A stretch of DNA of 63,852 bases, filler included, from Octopus bimaculoides (GCF_001194135.2; 3 parts of 3 records of this genome joined end to end with filler, not necessarily neighbours in it); one strand, 5' to 3'; shown: positions 38,657-51,443, numbered from the whole stretch's first letter. The notes: generated by a model not told the origin, from the letters alone. Made by a program: numbers and translations.

Positions 38657-38742
38657 CTGACTGTGTCATACATGTGAAGATTTGATACACGGACAGCATA
38701 GCTTTCTTCGGCAATGTGGATGTGTATAGAGTTTCCAGTAAT
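38657..38742 (-). CDS. EIF2B5: eIF2B epsilon internal exon
   Basis: Reads ITGNSIHIHIAEESYAVRVSNLHMYDTV(S), matching ILGN.IH.H....Y.ARVSNL..Y; CAG/GTTGGT; 86 nt. Confidence 0.95.
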
Positions 38743-39057
38743 CTGTAAAATAGTGACACAAAAAGGAAAAAGTAAACATGGAGTATCTTGGTCAGACACA
38801 GGTAACCTTTGACATTTAGACCACTTGCAGACCTTTCTCTCTTCTCCCATGGCATATGCAATATTATGAAAAATATCATATTAAAGCATGTCTCATTTAA
38901 ATATTATGTTTGCAAAATTTAGGTCTGATTCTATAAATTTAAGCATGTTAATTTCTTTCAATCTTCTTTCAAACTATCATTTAATCAAATTTTTATAATT
39001 TATCTAGTGTTAATATAAATGGCATGGATACACTGTCCTATATATGATGTTTGCTAA

Positions 39058-40100
39058 CCTTTTTGTTACCAACCTGCCTGAGAGGTTTTTTTTTAGCTTA
39101 TGTTACCTACCCATACTAGCCCAAAATGACCTATTCATAGTTAAATGAGAATTTCAGCACAAATCTTGTTAATACATTCATGAAAACGTGATTTCATTAC
39201 ATAAATAAATGAGTTATAGTATTAGACATTCTTTTACATATCTGAGCACTGTGAATTTTTGGAGACTTTTTCCCACGTTTTTTCTGCAATTATCTGGAAA
39301 TTTTTAATACTGCCAAATAACAGATATCAGTTTCGTATTGTCAAGCAGAGAATCAGAATTTTATGAATTTTTGACAGAAGGCATGGAGAAATCAAGCAAA
39401 ATATACAGAAAGCATCAAAACCACATGAAGCATGGTTATGAATCGGATATTTCGATTTCTGAGAGTGAAAACAGCAATTCTAACGATAGCTCTGATAGCA
39501 ACAAAGAAAATAAATTTGTACCTGAATGGAGTAAAAGTTCAAAAACCATTTTCCTTAATGATTTTTTTTTTTAGAAGAGATAGGAACTAGTTACATTCTT
39601 TCCAAGAAGACAAAGCCATTAGCTGTTATTTTTTCCCTCTTTGTTCAAAATGCATATAAAACATTCTACAAACCAGGGAGATACTAATCTGTCAATGGAG
39701 GTATGGTGGGTTATAAAGGTTGGATATATCCAAAAAGTACATGCCTGAAAAACCTAGAAAATGGGGGATCAATATTTAGAAGATTTGTGAAGTGAATACT
39801 GGGTGCTGCTGTGGGTTCAATTTTTATACGAGGTAAAAGAGACAATGAAAAACATAATATGTAGATCATATTGTATGATATGGTCTAGAAATTATCACTC
39901 CCATACCATAACCAGAGTTGTATGACCAGTTTTTCAATTCAGTCAAACTTGTGGTGGATTTAGAAGCTCTGGCAACATATATGTGTGCTATAGTGATTTC
40001 AAGTAGGAAAGGACTGCTATTGGATATAAAAAAAGCAAAATCTAAAAAAAAAAAAGAAGTAAAATATCCCAATGGCAGATAGGAAATTTTCTAGTGGCTG
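39058..40100 (+). mobile_element. piggyBac transposon remnant
   Basis: Left end CCTTTTTGTTACCAACC; acidic N-terminus; YMPEKPRKWGIN..ICEVNTG and YDQFFNSVKL motifs with stops and frameshifts. Confidence 0.8.
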
Positions 40101-40187
40101 CATACAATTTACCTTGTTTCTATTTCTTATAATTTACCTGTAAGGTGAGTGACACATTTTGATTAATTTCTATTGTGAATTATTATA

Positions 40188-41298
40188 CTAGCAAATGCAC
40201 CTGTTCTTTGGACTGTTTAAGTTGCTTTAGTGGTATATTTTTCACCAAATAATTGAACTACCTAGAAGGTTAATGAGTAGCATGGCAATCTATGTTTCCG
40301 ATTAACCTAGGAACAGAAAATGAAATTGAAGGTTGGTTATTGTGGAGGTCATTGCACTTTAATGATCATAGAACATTTAAGTTATAAACGTTGCAAAGTA
40401 GAGCTACTGAAGTGCTTTGGGAGTCGATTACGGATAATGACTACAAAATATAGATGTTTTACATGAAAGTGAAATTTCTTGTCAGAAACAGCCACATAAA
40501 TGGTGTAAGGAAATTGAAGGAAGACATTGAAACTTCCCTCTTCGAGTTTATTTTATTCAACAGCAAAGGGAGCTATTTTTTTCGGAGAGATAAGCTAACA
40601 AAAGCCCCTTTATTCTATCTTCCCACATAGGCTGTGCATAAACTAACAGTGAATGCCACAAAGTTAAATTGGCATGGAGCTTTCTGAAAGATACATATAG
40701 CTTTCGCTAGTGGAAGCAAAACTCTTTATTTAAAGAGCGATTGTTTGGGACGAATCATATGTGATTGTTTAAAAAGGGCTAGAAGGACAATGCTAAAATA
40801 TATTTGAAACAATGAACAATCAAAATATCATAATAGATGAGTAAATAATCATCCTTAAAGTGAAACAACAGTATCAACAAATATAAGAGAGGGAAGGGAA
40901 TATCATCTTTCAAGTAATTCAGAATAGGTAAAGGTAAGCTTGCCAAAGTTTAATGCAGTTTAAATATGTAGGTTAAGATAGTTTGGTATTAGATATTGTG
41001 TACAGTGTTCCTAGTTAATTGAATCACTGTTGTAGGTAGACAGCAGAAATAAATAGACAAAATCCTTTCACTTATATAAAAAAAAGATTAAAAAAGTATG
41101 GAAGACCCAACATACAAAAAAAAACTATGTCCATTTACGTCCAGTTACACGGGAGCCCTGGGCAAAATGTTATAGTGCATGACCATCATTGGGACATAAG
41201 TAATGTATGTGTAAAATTTGGTAAAAATTGGATGAGGATTGTGGAAATATAAGCATTAGTCATTATATACACACATACTGCAATTTATATATACTAGA
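40188..41298 (-). mobile_element. Older non-autonomous Helitron
   Basis: On the minus strand: 5' A|TCTAGTATATATAAA, and a decayed 3' hairpin followed by CTAG|T at 40188-40191. Confidence 0.5.
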
Positions 41299-42134
41299 TA
41301 TATATTTTACTGTGTATTTATGTATGCATGTGGGTTTATTTCATTTAGTTGATGGTATGTGTATTTCATGTTCTAGTTTTCTTAAAAGATAAATTCCAGT
41401 ATTTCATTCTATTTTATCTTTATTGTTACACCTAACTGATAATCTAGTAAGGCACACAATAACAATGATGATGGCAACTTAAAAATAGAGAACTCAGTTA
41501 TTTTACTAAATCTTCTCCAAATTCATGATAATTTCATCACAGTCACTGCTTTTACATCTACTTTTCTTTGCTGACATGGGTTGGATGAGATATGGTATTC
41601 TATAGTTGGATACCATTACTAATGCCAACCCTCACTTGTTTTCAAGTAAGGTATTTTATTATTCACCACTATGTCAAGCTGCAGGATGAACGTGTAGCCG
41701 AAATGGTGGTGTCAAGGTGAAAATGTGTAAAGACAAATGCACCACATACACACACACTCTTATATACATACAGGCACACATACATATATGCATACACACA
41801 AGCACACACACACATATACATACACACGCACACATACACATATATATACACACACGTACACATATACACACAAGATGCTTATGTACAATTATCTACAGTT
41901 GCCATCAGTCAGATTTCACATGAGCCATTGGTCAACTCAAGGCTATAAATACAAGATACTAACAAAAGTGCCACACAGCAGGATTGAACCTAAAACCAAA
42001 CGTTTGTGAAGTGAACTTCCCAACCACACAGTGATGTCTGCACCTATATAATTTTATAATTAATTGAAATATATGGATAATATGATTGTTAGAAGTAATT
42101 AAGGAAGTGGTAGAGAAGCCAATAATCAACTTAC

Positions 42135-42296
42135 CTCTTCATTGACAAGGATTCCTTTGATCAAGTCATCTCGTGTTTGGTAATCAAAATCATCTGTGAA
42201 CATCTGTGGCACAAACTGGGAGCAGACAGCAATTTGGCAGTCTAATAAATTGTAGTGGATATTTGACACTTTAGGTCTCTTCTTACTGATAGCAGT
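42135..42296 (-). CDS. EIF2B5: eIF2B epsilon internal exon, first exon visible
   Basis: Reads [54 protein letters not shown], matching LLDC.I.ICS..V...[20 protein letters not shown]; CAG/GTAAGT; 162 nt. Not in the ORF track. Confidence 0.96.
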
Positions 42297-42849
42297 CTGA
42301 AATGATAAGTAGTTGAAATGAGTAAATAAATGATGAAAATTTCTGACAGAGAAAGATTAGTAAGGACAGACAGGTGGAATCACTGGGGTTCTGAATGAAA
42401 TATGATTAGTAATGACAATAATTTCTTGAAATTTCTAAAATCCTCTGTTACAATAACTGTCATGTTGGCATGGAATGGACAGACCTATTGTACATCACAT
42501 GACTTAGTCTTTTAACATTTCTTTGTGTTGATCTTGAGATTTGACATCACCGTTTTCTCCAAATTATCTTCAACTACAGATACCTTCGACCACTAGCATA
42601 AGGCCCTTTTCACTCTGCACCTATCATGCATTCTTATTCTGTATTTAGTTCAGTCAATCCTTGCATACATTAACAAATGCATTTAATGCCCATATGCTCT
42701 TTTGTATTACTTGTACCCTTCATTACATATAAACTATTCTTGATTTTTCAAATCAGAATATTAAAGGGAGGTTAAAAAAAAAGGTTGTTGGTTGACCTAA
42801 TGAAGAATGTATAGTAAATAAAATAACAAGTGATGTGAAAGGCCATGCC

Positions 42850-45800
42850 TAAATCATCATATTTTCCTGCTTCCTCACAAAAGAGAAATATCTAAAAAGA
42901 GGCTTGTCAGACTGTCTCAAGGTCCCAGCAGACAAAATGGAAAAAGCATTGCTCCAGAGGATGGCGAGGGAGATGTGCTGGAACAGCCACTCTGACTCAT
43001 GGGACTCACATTTGTGAACAGCCATCTCCTTCCTTGATAGCAGTGAGCAGGGATATGGCCTGAGGGCCAAGAGCACCAGAAGTCTCCACTGCTACAGGCT
43101 CAACCAGAGAGTGGCCAATACTTTGACAGTTTTCCCTTCTTGGCCTGACCAGTAGCAGAGTCTGGGCTGGCAGATGAACACACCATGTGACATCCTATAT
43201 GAGGGGTTGACCAACAAGGAATGGGAAAATTGCCATACCAGCAGGCCTTTTACCATTCCCTTGGACTATCCCTGATGGTTTGAGCTGAGAAGGAAAGCCT
43301 GTAGCATCCAGGCCATGCCTTTTGATCTTGTTAAGAGTAGCATGGTATGGAAGGCGGCCAGCACTATAATGCCAAGACAATGAGTGGAGGCTGAAGGAAT
43401 CTACTGTGGATCCACAGTGGCATTTGTGATGCTTACAGATTTGGAAACCAACCCTCAGAGAAACACTGACATGGAAAAAGTTTCTATCGACATGAGTACT
43501 AGTTGAGCACTGCATGGAGCAGGCATTACTGTTCAATTCAGAGGTTGAGTGGAAACAGGCCAGACAGTGTGGATCAAGTCAGCATACTAACTCATGAGAT
43601 CTTGCTACACTGGATGGTGTCCCATTTCTTTTGGGGGGACTGGACATCTGAAGAGAGGAGAGGGGGATGGATATCTAATTCAACAGAGGCAGAGTTGGAT
43701 CCATATTGCATAGACCACTTCATGCTCTCCAATCACAGTAGGTTCAGTTGGGTTGTAGAGAAAGGACACAGCAAAAGGTCACTGATGAGAGAAAAGCAGG
43801 CAGGGCTAGTGAGACCAGAGACTGAGCCTTCTTTATTTGATGGGTAAGGTGGCCTGCTGCCATCCAGTGTCATCGAACTGAATGTTGCATATCTCTTGAG
43901 CAACCTGTTAGATACAGGCGTTAAAATCTTCGAGGAGAGATAAGTGGTTGTAGCAAGGGGCACTGTGCATAGTATGCAATAACATTGGCATTGTGAAGCC
44001 GGGTGGGTATCGATCACATTCAGTTTGCTTGGCAATGTTTTGAGCTGGTGAAGCCTAGACTTGAGGGTGGAGCAAATGGTAGGCAGGAGGATCAGTGAAC
44101 TGAGGATAAGGATGTCTTCTTTCAAGGTCATCTGTACGTGGTGAAGTAATGAATTCATGTCCAAGATGGAGGCCACAAAGCCCTCTGTGTTGTAGTTGAT
44201 ATTCATGACCTCTGCTTTGGAAGAGTTAATCTTTAGGCTGATGCTTTTATAAGAGAGAACCACTGATTGAAGATCATGGAAGACACTCCCTATTGTCCTG
44301 CCTATCATTGCATCATCCAGCTACCATTGAAAGGGCTGTGATGCTCTGAGCAATGCTGTCCATTGAAAAGAAAGAGGAAAGGACCCAACAGATCATCCTG
44401 CTGAATGCCAGTCAAAGACAGTATGACCTGATCTGAAGCAAGGAGCATGCTCAGAGACCCGTATGACAGCAAGTTAGTAGGTAGGTGGATGGAACAGGAT
44501 GGCTGTGGCAGGCCTCAAGCAAGTGGTCACGACACAGACAGTTGAATACATTTTTTATGTCAAGCTTGATAGCGAGGTGCTTGGAATTGTTCGATTTCGG
44601 CTCAGGAGGACAGTTACTGAAGAACTGTCTAGTGGCATGGGTAGCTCCCTCACATTTCCTGACCATGCTGACCCCCAACAGCACTGGCCTGAGTTCCTCA
44701 CCTAGTTCAGGTTTAACAGATCTGCAGATAACCTTGGCTGTGAGCCTCTGCAGCAATGGTGCATATGCCACTGTCCTTGTTCTTGAGAGAGATTAGGTGG
44801 GCTGAAAAGAAGAGGCCTCAGAAATAAGTGTCCAAGACACCATGAATGAACCTGTTAATGAGAACCATAATTGTGTTCAGTAGGCAGTGCCCAGATTCAG
44901 CAGTAATTGGGGACAGCAAGACCATGAGGTGGCCAGATTGGAGACCAACAACACCTCTACTGCTACTGGCAGGGAAAGACCTCAGAACAGAGAGAATGTC
45001 CTTCTTGGTGGTCATGTATGGGGACTTAAGGTTGGGAGTGGGTATAGATCAGAGGTCTGAAAGTAGCTCAGGATGTTTGAGTCAAAAAGTAGTCAGGACT
45101 TTTTCAGTAGGGTAGCAGACAGGGTCATCAGAGGTAACTACTCTGACGGCAGCTGAGACATTGCCCTTGATAAATTTGATGTTTACCCTGTCATGTAAAC
45201 GCTTTAAGCAGGAATCAGGGGTGTAGGACTGCAGGTGTGTGAATGAGTGCAGGGCAGCATACTCGGACACACTAGATATGGGTACCTGCTTGAAGGACAA
45301 GATGTTGGCCCTGACTGGGGCTGTTGTCTACAGGCCACCTCAATCAGCAACAGTGTTGGGGAGATGAAGGGCAAGTAGAGCAAAATAAACAGTCATTTCC
45401 AATCACTAGGTTGACTACAGTCTAAGGCTAGACCAACTAAAGATGCAAGGGTATCAGTCACCAGCACCCAGGCCACTTATGGGATCTTAAGAAGGATCTT
45501 ACAAAGCTTCCTGGGCTGGGCTGGGTGTCAGGTAGACATGCCATCTGATCTGAAAGTATGGTGGATAGCCACTGTTGTACTACTGAAGCAAAGAGGCAGT
45601 TGCTGCATCTATACATTGAGAGCTCATTCGAGGCCTGTGCATCAGGCTGATGCAAGAGCGATGATAGAGACAATCACATCCTGAACAGTTTCTGCATCTC
45701 TTTTGCCTATTGATGGCAGCATATGTGCTTCAGGTAGCTCTCTGTGGGGATGGTGGTGGGGTGTACAATTGGGGACTGAAACAATGTTTGGCAATGGTGA

Positions 45801-45900
45801 TGTCACTTTTTGGTGGGGCCAAAATATTGACTTGCATCTTGAAAATGGGTGGCGGGGATGGGGTTGTAATACTGACGAGGTAATGAATGCTGGATTGAGG
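42850..45900 (-). mobile_element. Near-full-length decayed CRE-clade non-LTR retrotransposon (RT, CCHC zinc finger, RLE)
   Basis: In order: RSFPASSSRGVVGLQSGHL, QRLTAKV, AIKLDIKNVFN, TGIQQDDLLGP, LDDA, CKHHKCHCG...H...H, GKRPAGM, PVAVETSGALG. Many stops and frameshifts. Confidence 0.85.
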
Positions 45901-45967
45901 AAGTTGAGAATCTGAGCTGTGTAGAAATTTGTGAAAAATACAGTACAGAGAGAGAGATGTACAATAA

Positions 45968-46085
45968 TCTACTATATAAATGAGTGTGTATGTGATTATG
46001 TGTGTGTGTATGTGATTATGTGTGTGTGTGTGTTTAGCCCCAAAAGGCTCTGAAATGGTGTGTCGTCAAAAAAAAAAAAAAAAAA
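45968..46085 (+). mobile_element. Probable Helitron 5' end truncated by the linker
   Basis: A|TCTACTATATAAA followed by a GT-rich microsatellite. Confidence 0.45.
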
Positions 46086-46185
46086 NNNNNNNNNNNNNNN
46101 NNNNNNNNNNNNNNNNNNNNNNNNNNNNNTTAATTAATTAANNNNNNNNNNNNNNNNNNNNNNNNNNNNNNNNNNNNNNNNNNNN
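46086..46185. other. Artificial scaffold linker: 44 N + TTAATTAATTAA + 44 N
   Basis: Identical in design to 21206-21305. Confidence 0.95.
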
Positions 46186-46410
46186 GCACATAAAAGACAC
46201 CATTTCGAGCGTGGCCGTTTTCGTGCGGGTGACACGTAAAAGCACCCACTACACTCTCTGAGTGGTTGGCGTTAGGAAGGGCATCCAGCTGTAGAAACTC
46301 TGCCAAATCAGACTGGAGCCTGGTGTTGCCATCCGGTTTCACCAGTCCTCAGTCAAATCGTCCAACCCATGCTAGCATGGAAAGCGGACGTTAAACGATG
46401 ATGATGATGA
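46186..46410 (+). mobile_element. Young RTE-associated 3' tail copy
   Basis: Reverse complement of 55183-55418 and 63621-63852; ends in (GAT)n. Confidence 0.9.
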
Positions 46411-46496
46411 CTTCACATCATTCCAATTTCCTCTTTGCTTTAAATCATTCCATTGTTGTCTGACAGTTATGATTGACACACCATCTTTATTTCCAG

Positions 46497-46580
46497 GAAG
46501 CTGATCGTAATTCAAACTTAAAGGATGCTATGAGGGAACACTGTATACACCAGTTGGTAGATTCCTGGTTACAGATCATG
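46497..46580 (+). CDS. XPOT: Exportin-T internal exon, first exon visible
   Basis: Reads EADRNSNLKDAMREHCIHQLVDSWLQIM, matching E..RN..IKD.MRE.C...LV.SW.QI; CAG/GTAAAT; 84 nt. Not in the ORF track. Confidence 0.92.
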
Positions 46581-46784
46581 GTAAATTGACATTTCTACAT
46601 TTTTTGTCTTATTTTTCTACCCTTGTTTTGTGCCTCAATGTAAGTGGCTACATTTGTAGTTCTTTAGATGAGCTTTTAGCCCTTGCAATACTAACTCGGT
46701 TGAAACCACCTCTGGCTCTGTAAGAAACACAGAGCATCTCAAAATAAGTACAGTAACAAAAGGGTTAACAAATGATTAATTTAA

Positions 46785-47006
46785 CCCTTTCGTTACCAAC
46801 CCGACTGAAACCATCTCTGGCTCTGTAGTACAAATGTCTTGTTTTCATAAATTTTGAATTAAAATCTTCCACCAAACCTTAGTCACAATTTATGTTCCTA
46901 ACACTAGCTTAATGATAACTAAGTTATTTTACTAAATTCTTTGTTATATTTAAAATTAATTAAAAGAAACACAGAGTATCTCAAAATAAATATGGAAACG
47001 AAAGGG
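46785..47006. mobile_element. piggyBac-type MITE (222 bp)
   Basis: TTAA|CCCTTTCGTTACC ... GGAAACGAAAGGG|TTAA. Confidence 0.88.
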
Positions 47007-48116
47007 TTAACCCTTTTATAACTTGTGTTTACTTTGCAATCACATGAGTTTGGAACTTTGTCTCATTGTGTGGCACCACGGGCAGTTGTCATTTATCGCT
47101 TTGAGTTTAACATACTTTGAGAATGGAAACCAGTTCTGTGTGTGTTTGTGTAATATTGTTTGTTTAGGCTTACTCAATACTTTTTTATGGAGTGTTTGTT
47201 TATAAAACTTTTACAAGTCAAAGGTTAACAGTCACTTTGAAGTTTTGGCTTGCTTCATCAGGCTGTGTGTGTGTGCATGAATATTTACATTCTGTGTGAT
47301 ATGATATGACATTGTTTGAGAAAAACATTTTCACATTCCCTATAAATACACTATGTTCTTAAATTAATTTTAAAAAGACTAAATTTAAAATGTGGTTCCC
47401 TCACCAATCTACAAGGGCCAGTCAGTTCAAATAAATACACTAATTTGGACAACGACAATTCTTCCAATCAATTCCAGTTTGGGAAGCAGACATTGATGAT
47501 ACTGATGATGATGATAACTATAACATAAGATTCTGATGAAGATGAGACAGGAGGTTTTGTGTCATAGGACTAGGAATGGTCACAGGCAGATTGATACTAA
47601 AAGAGCTTGCCATCTCAGAGTTGAAAGATGAGGAGTTATGTGAGAGATGATTGGAACATTTCTGATGTCAAAAATGAGATTTTGTGTGACTTTATCATTG
47701 TTGCCACAATTGTTGTTAAAACTTACAGAAGAGTTCAATATTTCAATATGATGCTTGTCTGGGACCATAATGTATCAAGGAAAATAAGGATCCCAGTAGG
47801 TAATCTGTATTGTTTTGTTATATATTGAATCAAATCACTAAACTGTTTTACCTCTTAAAAAGGTTTCTATCAAAAGGAATTGTCATCGGAATTAACATAT
47901 GGATGTGTTGATGTATAGGTTAGTGGTTAAGGTGTTTGATTAGTGATCATAGTGTCTTTGGTTCAATTCCTTGAATGGGTGTTGTGAGTTGTGCCTTTGA
48001 GTAAGACATTTCATTTCCTGTTGTACTAGTCTCCTCCGCTGTATTGAGTGCCAGCCAAGAGCAGGTGCAGCCCTCTATCCCTCCAGCTCTCACTGGATTT
48101 CCCATTGGATCAAAAA

Positions 48117-48322
48117 CAGGGCTGTGGAGTCGAAACAAAAAACTTCAACTACAACTCTGATTCCTCTTTATGTAATCAAGTGATTGTGGTCTACATATCT
48201 CATAAAGCATATGCTTGTACTTTGAATAGGCATGTATGTTATAACTGGTTTATATTAAAGGAAAGATATTGTGAGTCGGAATCAGTCTGTATAGTTTTGC
48301 TGACTCCGACTCCAGCTACCCT
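48117..48322. mobile_element. Probable hAT-type MITE
   Basis: Left end CAGGGCTGTGGAGTCG and a partly matching right end CCGACTCCAGCTACCC, with subterminal GACTCC repeats. Confidence 0.5.
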
Positions 48323-49610
48323 TCAATTGTTTCCGACTCTGACTCCTGGTCAAAAAGAAGGGAGCAAAGAGAGCATTTATGTCTGTCTGTGACTACATTA
48401 GGCACCTAAAACTATCAGTGACAGTATGGTTGATATCTGGCCATACTTGCTCACAAGTGAAGGCCGACTGCACTAAACATGGCTTCGATTTTACTTTGAA
48501 TTTTTACTTTCTTTTTGTGTTGATAATGTAAGCTAAATGTTGGGATTGATTTAATCAGCTGTTCTCTTTTTGTTTATGTCAGAAATTTTACATTCTGAGT
48601 TCAAATCCTATCGGCTGACCTCTGTTTTCCTGCTTTATGAATACACTGGTGGGGGGGGGGCGGTCTGTAGAATTGTCTGTACCTCTCCCTTACACACAAT
48701 TTGCCTTAGGTAATGAATGAAATCATTGTAGGTGGTTCCCCAGCATAACCGTTGTCCAATGACTGAAACAAGTAAATAATAAAAGATGTATATGGTGATT
48801 ACTCCTTCACAGATGATTGCTGTCTGTGCTTCCTTGTTGTCAATAGCATTCCTGTCTTTCCATGCATGACCTCTCGTGACTATTTAGTCCCATTGCAGAT
48901 CTGCATGGTTTGAAGCGTATCTAACAGACAAAAGTTGTAACTTTCTGCATGCTTCCGTGTTAAGGCGTCACACTTCACTGCTTTTCCATTGTCATCTGAC
49001 TTTCAGGAGATGGAATGATATATGAGGTCACCATAGCAAGAGACATCTGTCTACCATTGGATTATTATAGTGCCACTATCTAAATCTTTGTGATTAGTAT
49101 TTAGTGACAAGCTGAAGCAAGTTGACCAATAAACATGTGAAACTATGTGTTTTTACATCAGGGTGTCCCTCTCAAAGGAGGATGCTAGCTCAGCATCCTT
49201 TTGTCCTGGTGGTTTCACTGTGTATCATGACACCAAGCAAGGGTGTTTCCACATCACCATGCTCAGATGGATTGACATCACATGTGCTAGTTAGCCCATA
49301 GCTGGGACCCTGACAGCTGCTGCTAGCTACTCCAAGTAGACATGACTAAGAGGTACTTCACACTTCTCAAAACCCTGCAAACCAGCGAGTGTGTATGTTA
49401 TCATCATCATCATTTAACGTTCGTTGTCCATGCTGGCAAGGGCTGGATGGTTTTACCAGAACTGGCAAGTTGGGGAGCTGTACCAGGATCCAGTCTGATT
49501 TGGCATTGTTTCTATACTTTACAAAGTGTACAGGGTGCTTTTAAGTGGCACTGACATGAAACTCTTGCAGGGGTTGTCTGATCCACAGTTAATCCTGATT
49601 TAGCAGATCT

Positions 49611-49836
49611 TATTTCTTTATTGCCCACAAGGGGCTAAACATAGAGGGGACAAACAAGGACAGACAAAGGGATTAAGTCGATTGAATTGACCCCAGTGCG
49701 TAACCGGACACTTAATTTATCGACGCCGAAAGGATGAAAGGCAAAGTCGACCTCGACGGAATTTGAACTCAGGACGCAACGGCAGACGGCTAACCATTTC
49801 GCCTGGCGTGCTTAATGTTTCTGCCAGCTCGCCGCC
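49611..49836 (-). mobile_element. SINE family A, full length
   Basis: Head reverse complement GCCAGCTCGCCGCC at 49823-49836; tail TATTTCTTTATTGCCCACAAGGGG. Confidence 0.9.
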
Positions 49837-50142
49837 TTTGATCTGCGATGAAAAGTCTTCCAACAGTGATCCTCCTGTCTTCCCTTCAGGCATTCTTTGT
49901 CCCTAGATTACATCACTATATGTGTCTTTTTTTCCAAATGGTTGGATGTTATTTGAGAGAGATTTGGCTGAGATTTCTAATGTTTTACGGTTGATTACCC
50001 TTCCTTGTAAAAATCAGTGGAGTCACAAAGAGGCTCCTTTGTTGATCCATGATTGTTATTTTTATGTGGAAGGATAGTCAACTGGAAGCATTAACACAGA
50101 TAAGTTAATGTTTACAGCTGACGACATCTGTGCCTCTCTACT

Positions 50143-50345
50143 TGTGGCGAAGTGGTTAAGAGCGCGGGCTACTAACTCCAAGATTCCGAGTTCGATTCCA
50201 AGCAGTGACTAGAACAGTAATAATAATAATAATATCAAAAATGAGAACCCAGGTTCGAAATTTCGCAAAGACACTTGATGAAGGCTGAAACGTGTTAACA
50301 ACAAAGCAAGATGAGGACAAATATCCGTCAAATGTAAATAATGTA
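50143..50345 (+). mobile_element. tRNA-derived SINE (family C)
   Basis: GTGGCGAAGTGGTTAAGAGCGCGGGCTACTAACTCCAAGATTCCGAGTTCGATTCC has A and B boxes but no acceptor stem; a distinct body follows. Confidence 0.8.
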
Positions 50346-50636
50346 TATTTGTATTTGTTCATGCAGAAATTTCAGTTGTAGCATTCTGTAATAGCTTTTA
50401 TTGTAAAGATAGTAATAATTAAATCCCATATTTTGTCTCTAATATAAGTATGTGCATCATCATTGTCTGTTTTTCATGCTGAGTGGATTATTATGGTATT
50501 ATGTTTGAGATGCACACACACACACACACACACCCCTGCAGTGTCACCGTTCTATGGTAGTTTAGACTTTATATTTTCTAGTCTTTTGATCGACTCCAAA
50601 TTGTCTTCATTTTTGTTTTTCTTTCTCTCTTTCCAG

Positions 50637-50906
50637 ACGACATACCAGTCAAGCCAACCAGATATTGCCTGTCTGTGTTTAGAGGTTGTTGGAAAGTTTA
50701 TCTCTTGGATAGATATAAACCTTGTGGCCAACGACCAGTTTGTTACTGCACTGCTGACTTTTTTAAATTCCCCCCAACTGAGAGAATGTACCTGTGATTG
50801 CATCTATGAAATCATATCAAAGGGCATGGAACCTGTAGCGAAAACCAAGTTAATAGAATCCTTTGCTACTGTACTGAACAGCGCTGGAGTGATGTGTCCC
50901 AATGAG
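50637..50906 (+). CDS. XPOT: Exportin-T internal exon
   Basis: Reads TTYQSSQPDIACLCLEVVGKFISWIDINLVANDQF...LRECTCDCIYEIISKGMEPVAKTKLIESF...PNE; CAG/GTATTG; 270 nt. Confidence 0.97.
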
Positions 50907-50929
50907 GTATTGTTTATGTAGTCTGTTAT

Positions 50930-51410
50930 TCTTATTTCTTTATTGCCCACAAGGGGTTAAGTTGATTATATTGACCCCAGTGTGTAACTGGTACTTAATT
51001 TATTGACCCCGAAAGGATGAAAGGCAAAGTCAACCTCGGCGGAATTTGAACTCAGAACGTATCGGCAGACGAACTACTGCTAAGCATTTCGCCCAGCGCC
51101 CTAACGGTTCTGCCAGCTCACCGCCTTTGTTATTCGGTTATTCTTTTACTTGTTTCGGTCATTTGACTGCGGCCTTGCTGGAGCACCACCTTAAGGGATT
51201 TTTTTAGTCGAAGAAACTGACCTGAGGACTTGTTCTTTGTAAGCCTAGTACTTATTCTATCGGTCTCTTTTGTCGAGCCGCTAAGTTACGGGGATGTCAA
51301 CACACTGACATCGGTTGTCAAGCGATGTTGGGGGGACAAAGACAGACACAAAAGATGCACATGCATAAATACACACACACACACACTCACCATCATCGTT
51401 TAATGATGGT

Positions 51411-51443
<33 letters not shown>

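Noticed and set aside
42297-46496. Bidirectional promoter between EIF2B5 and XPOT
   Set aside because: The interval holds a retrotransposon and an artificial linker, and neither gene's first exons are present.
50143-50215. Possible tRNA gene
   Set aside because: A and B boxes are present, but there is no acceptor stem or terminator and it continues into a SINE body.
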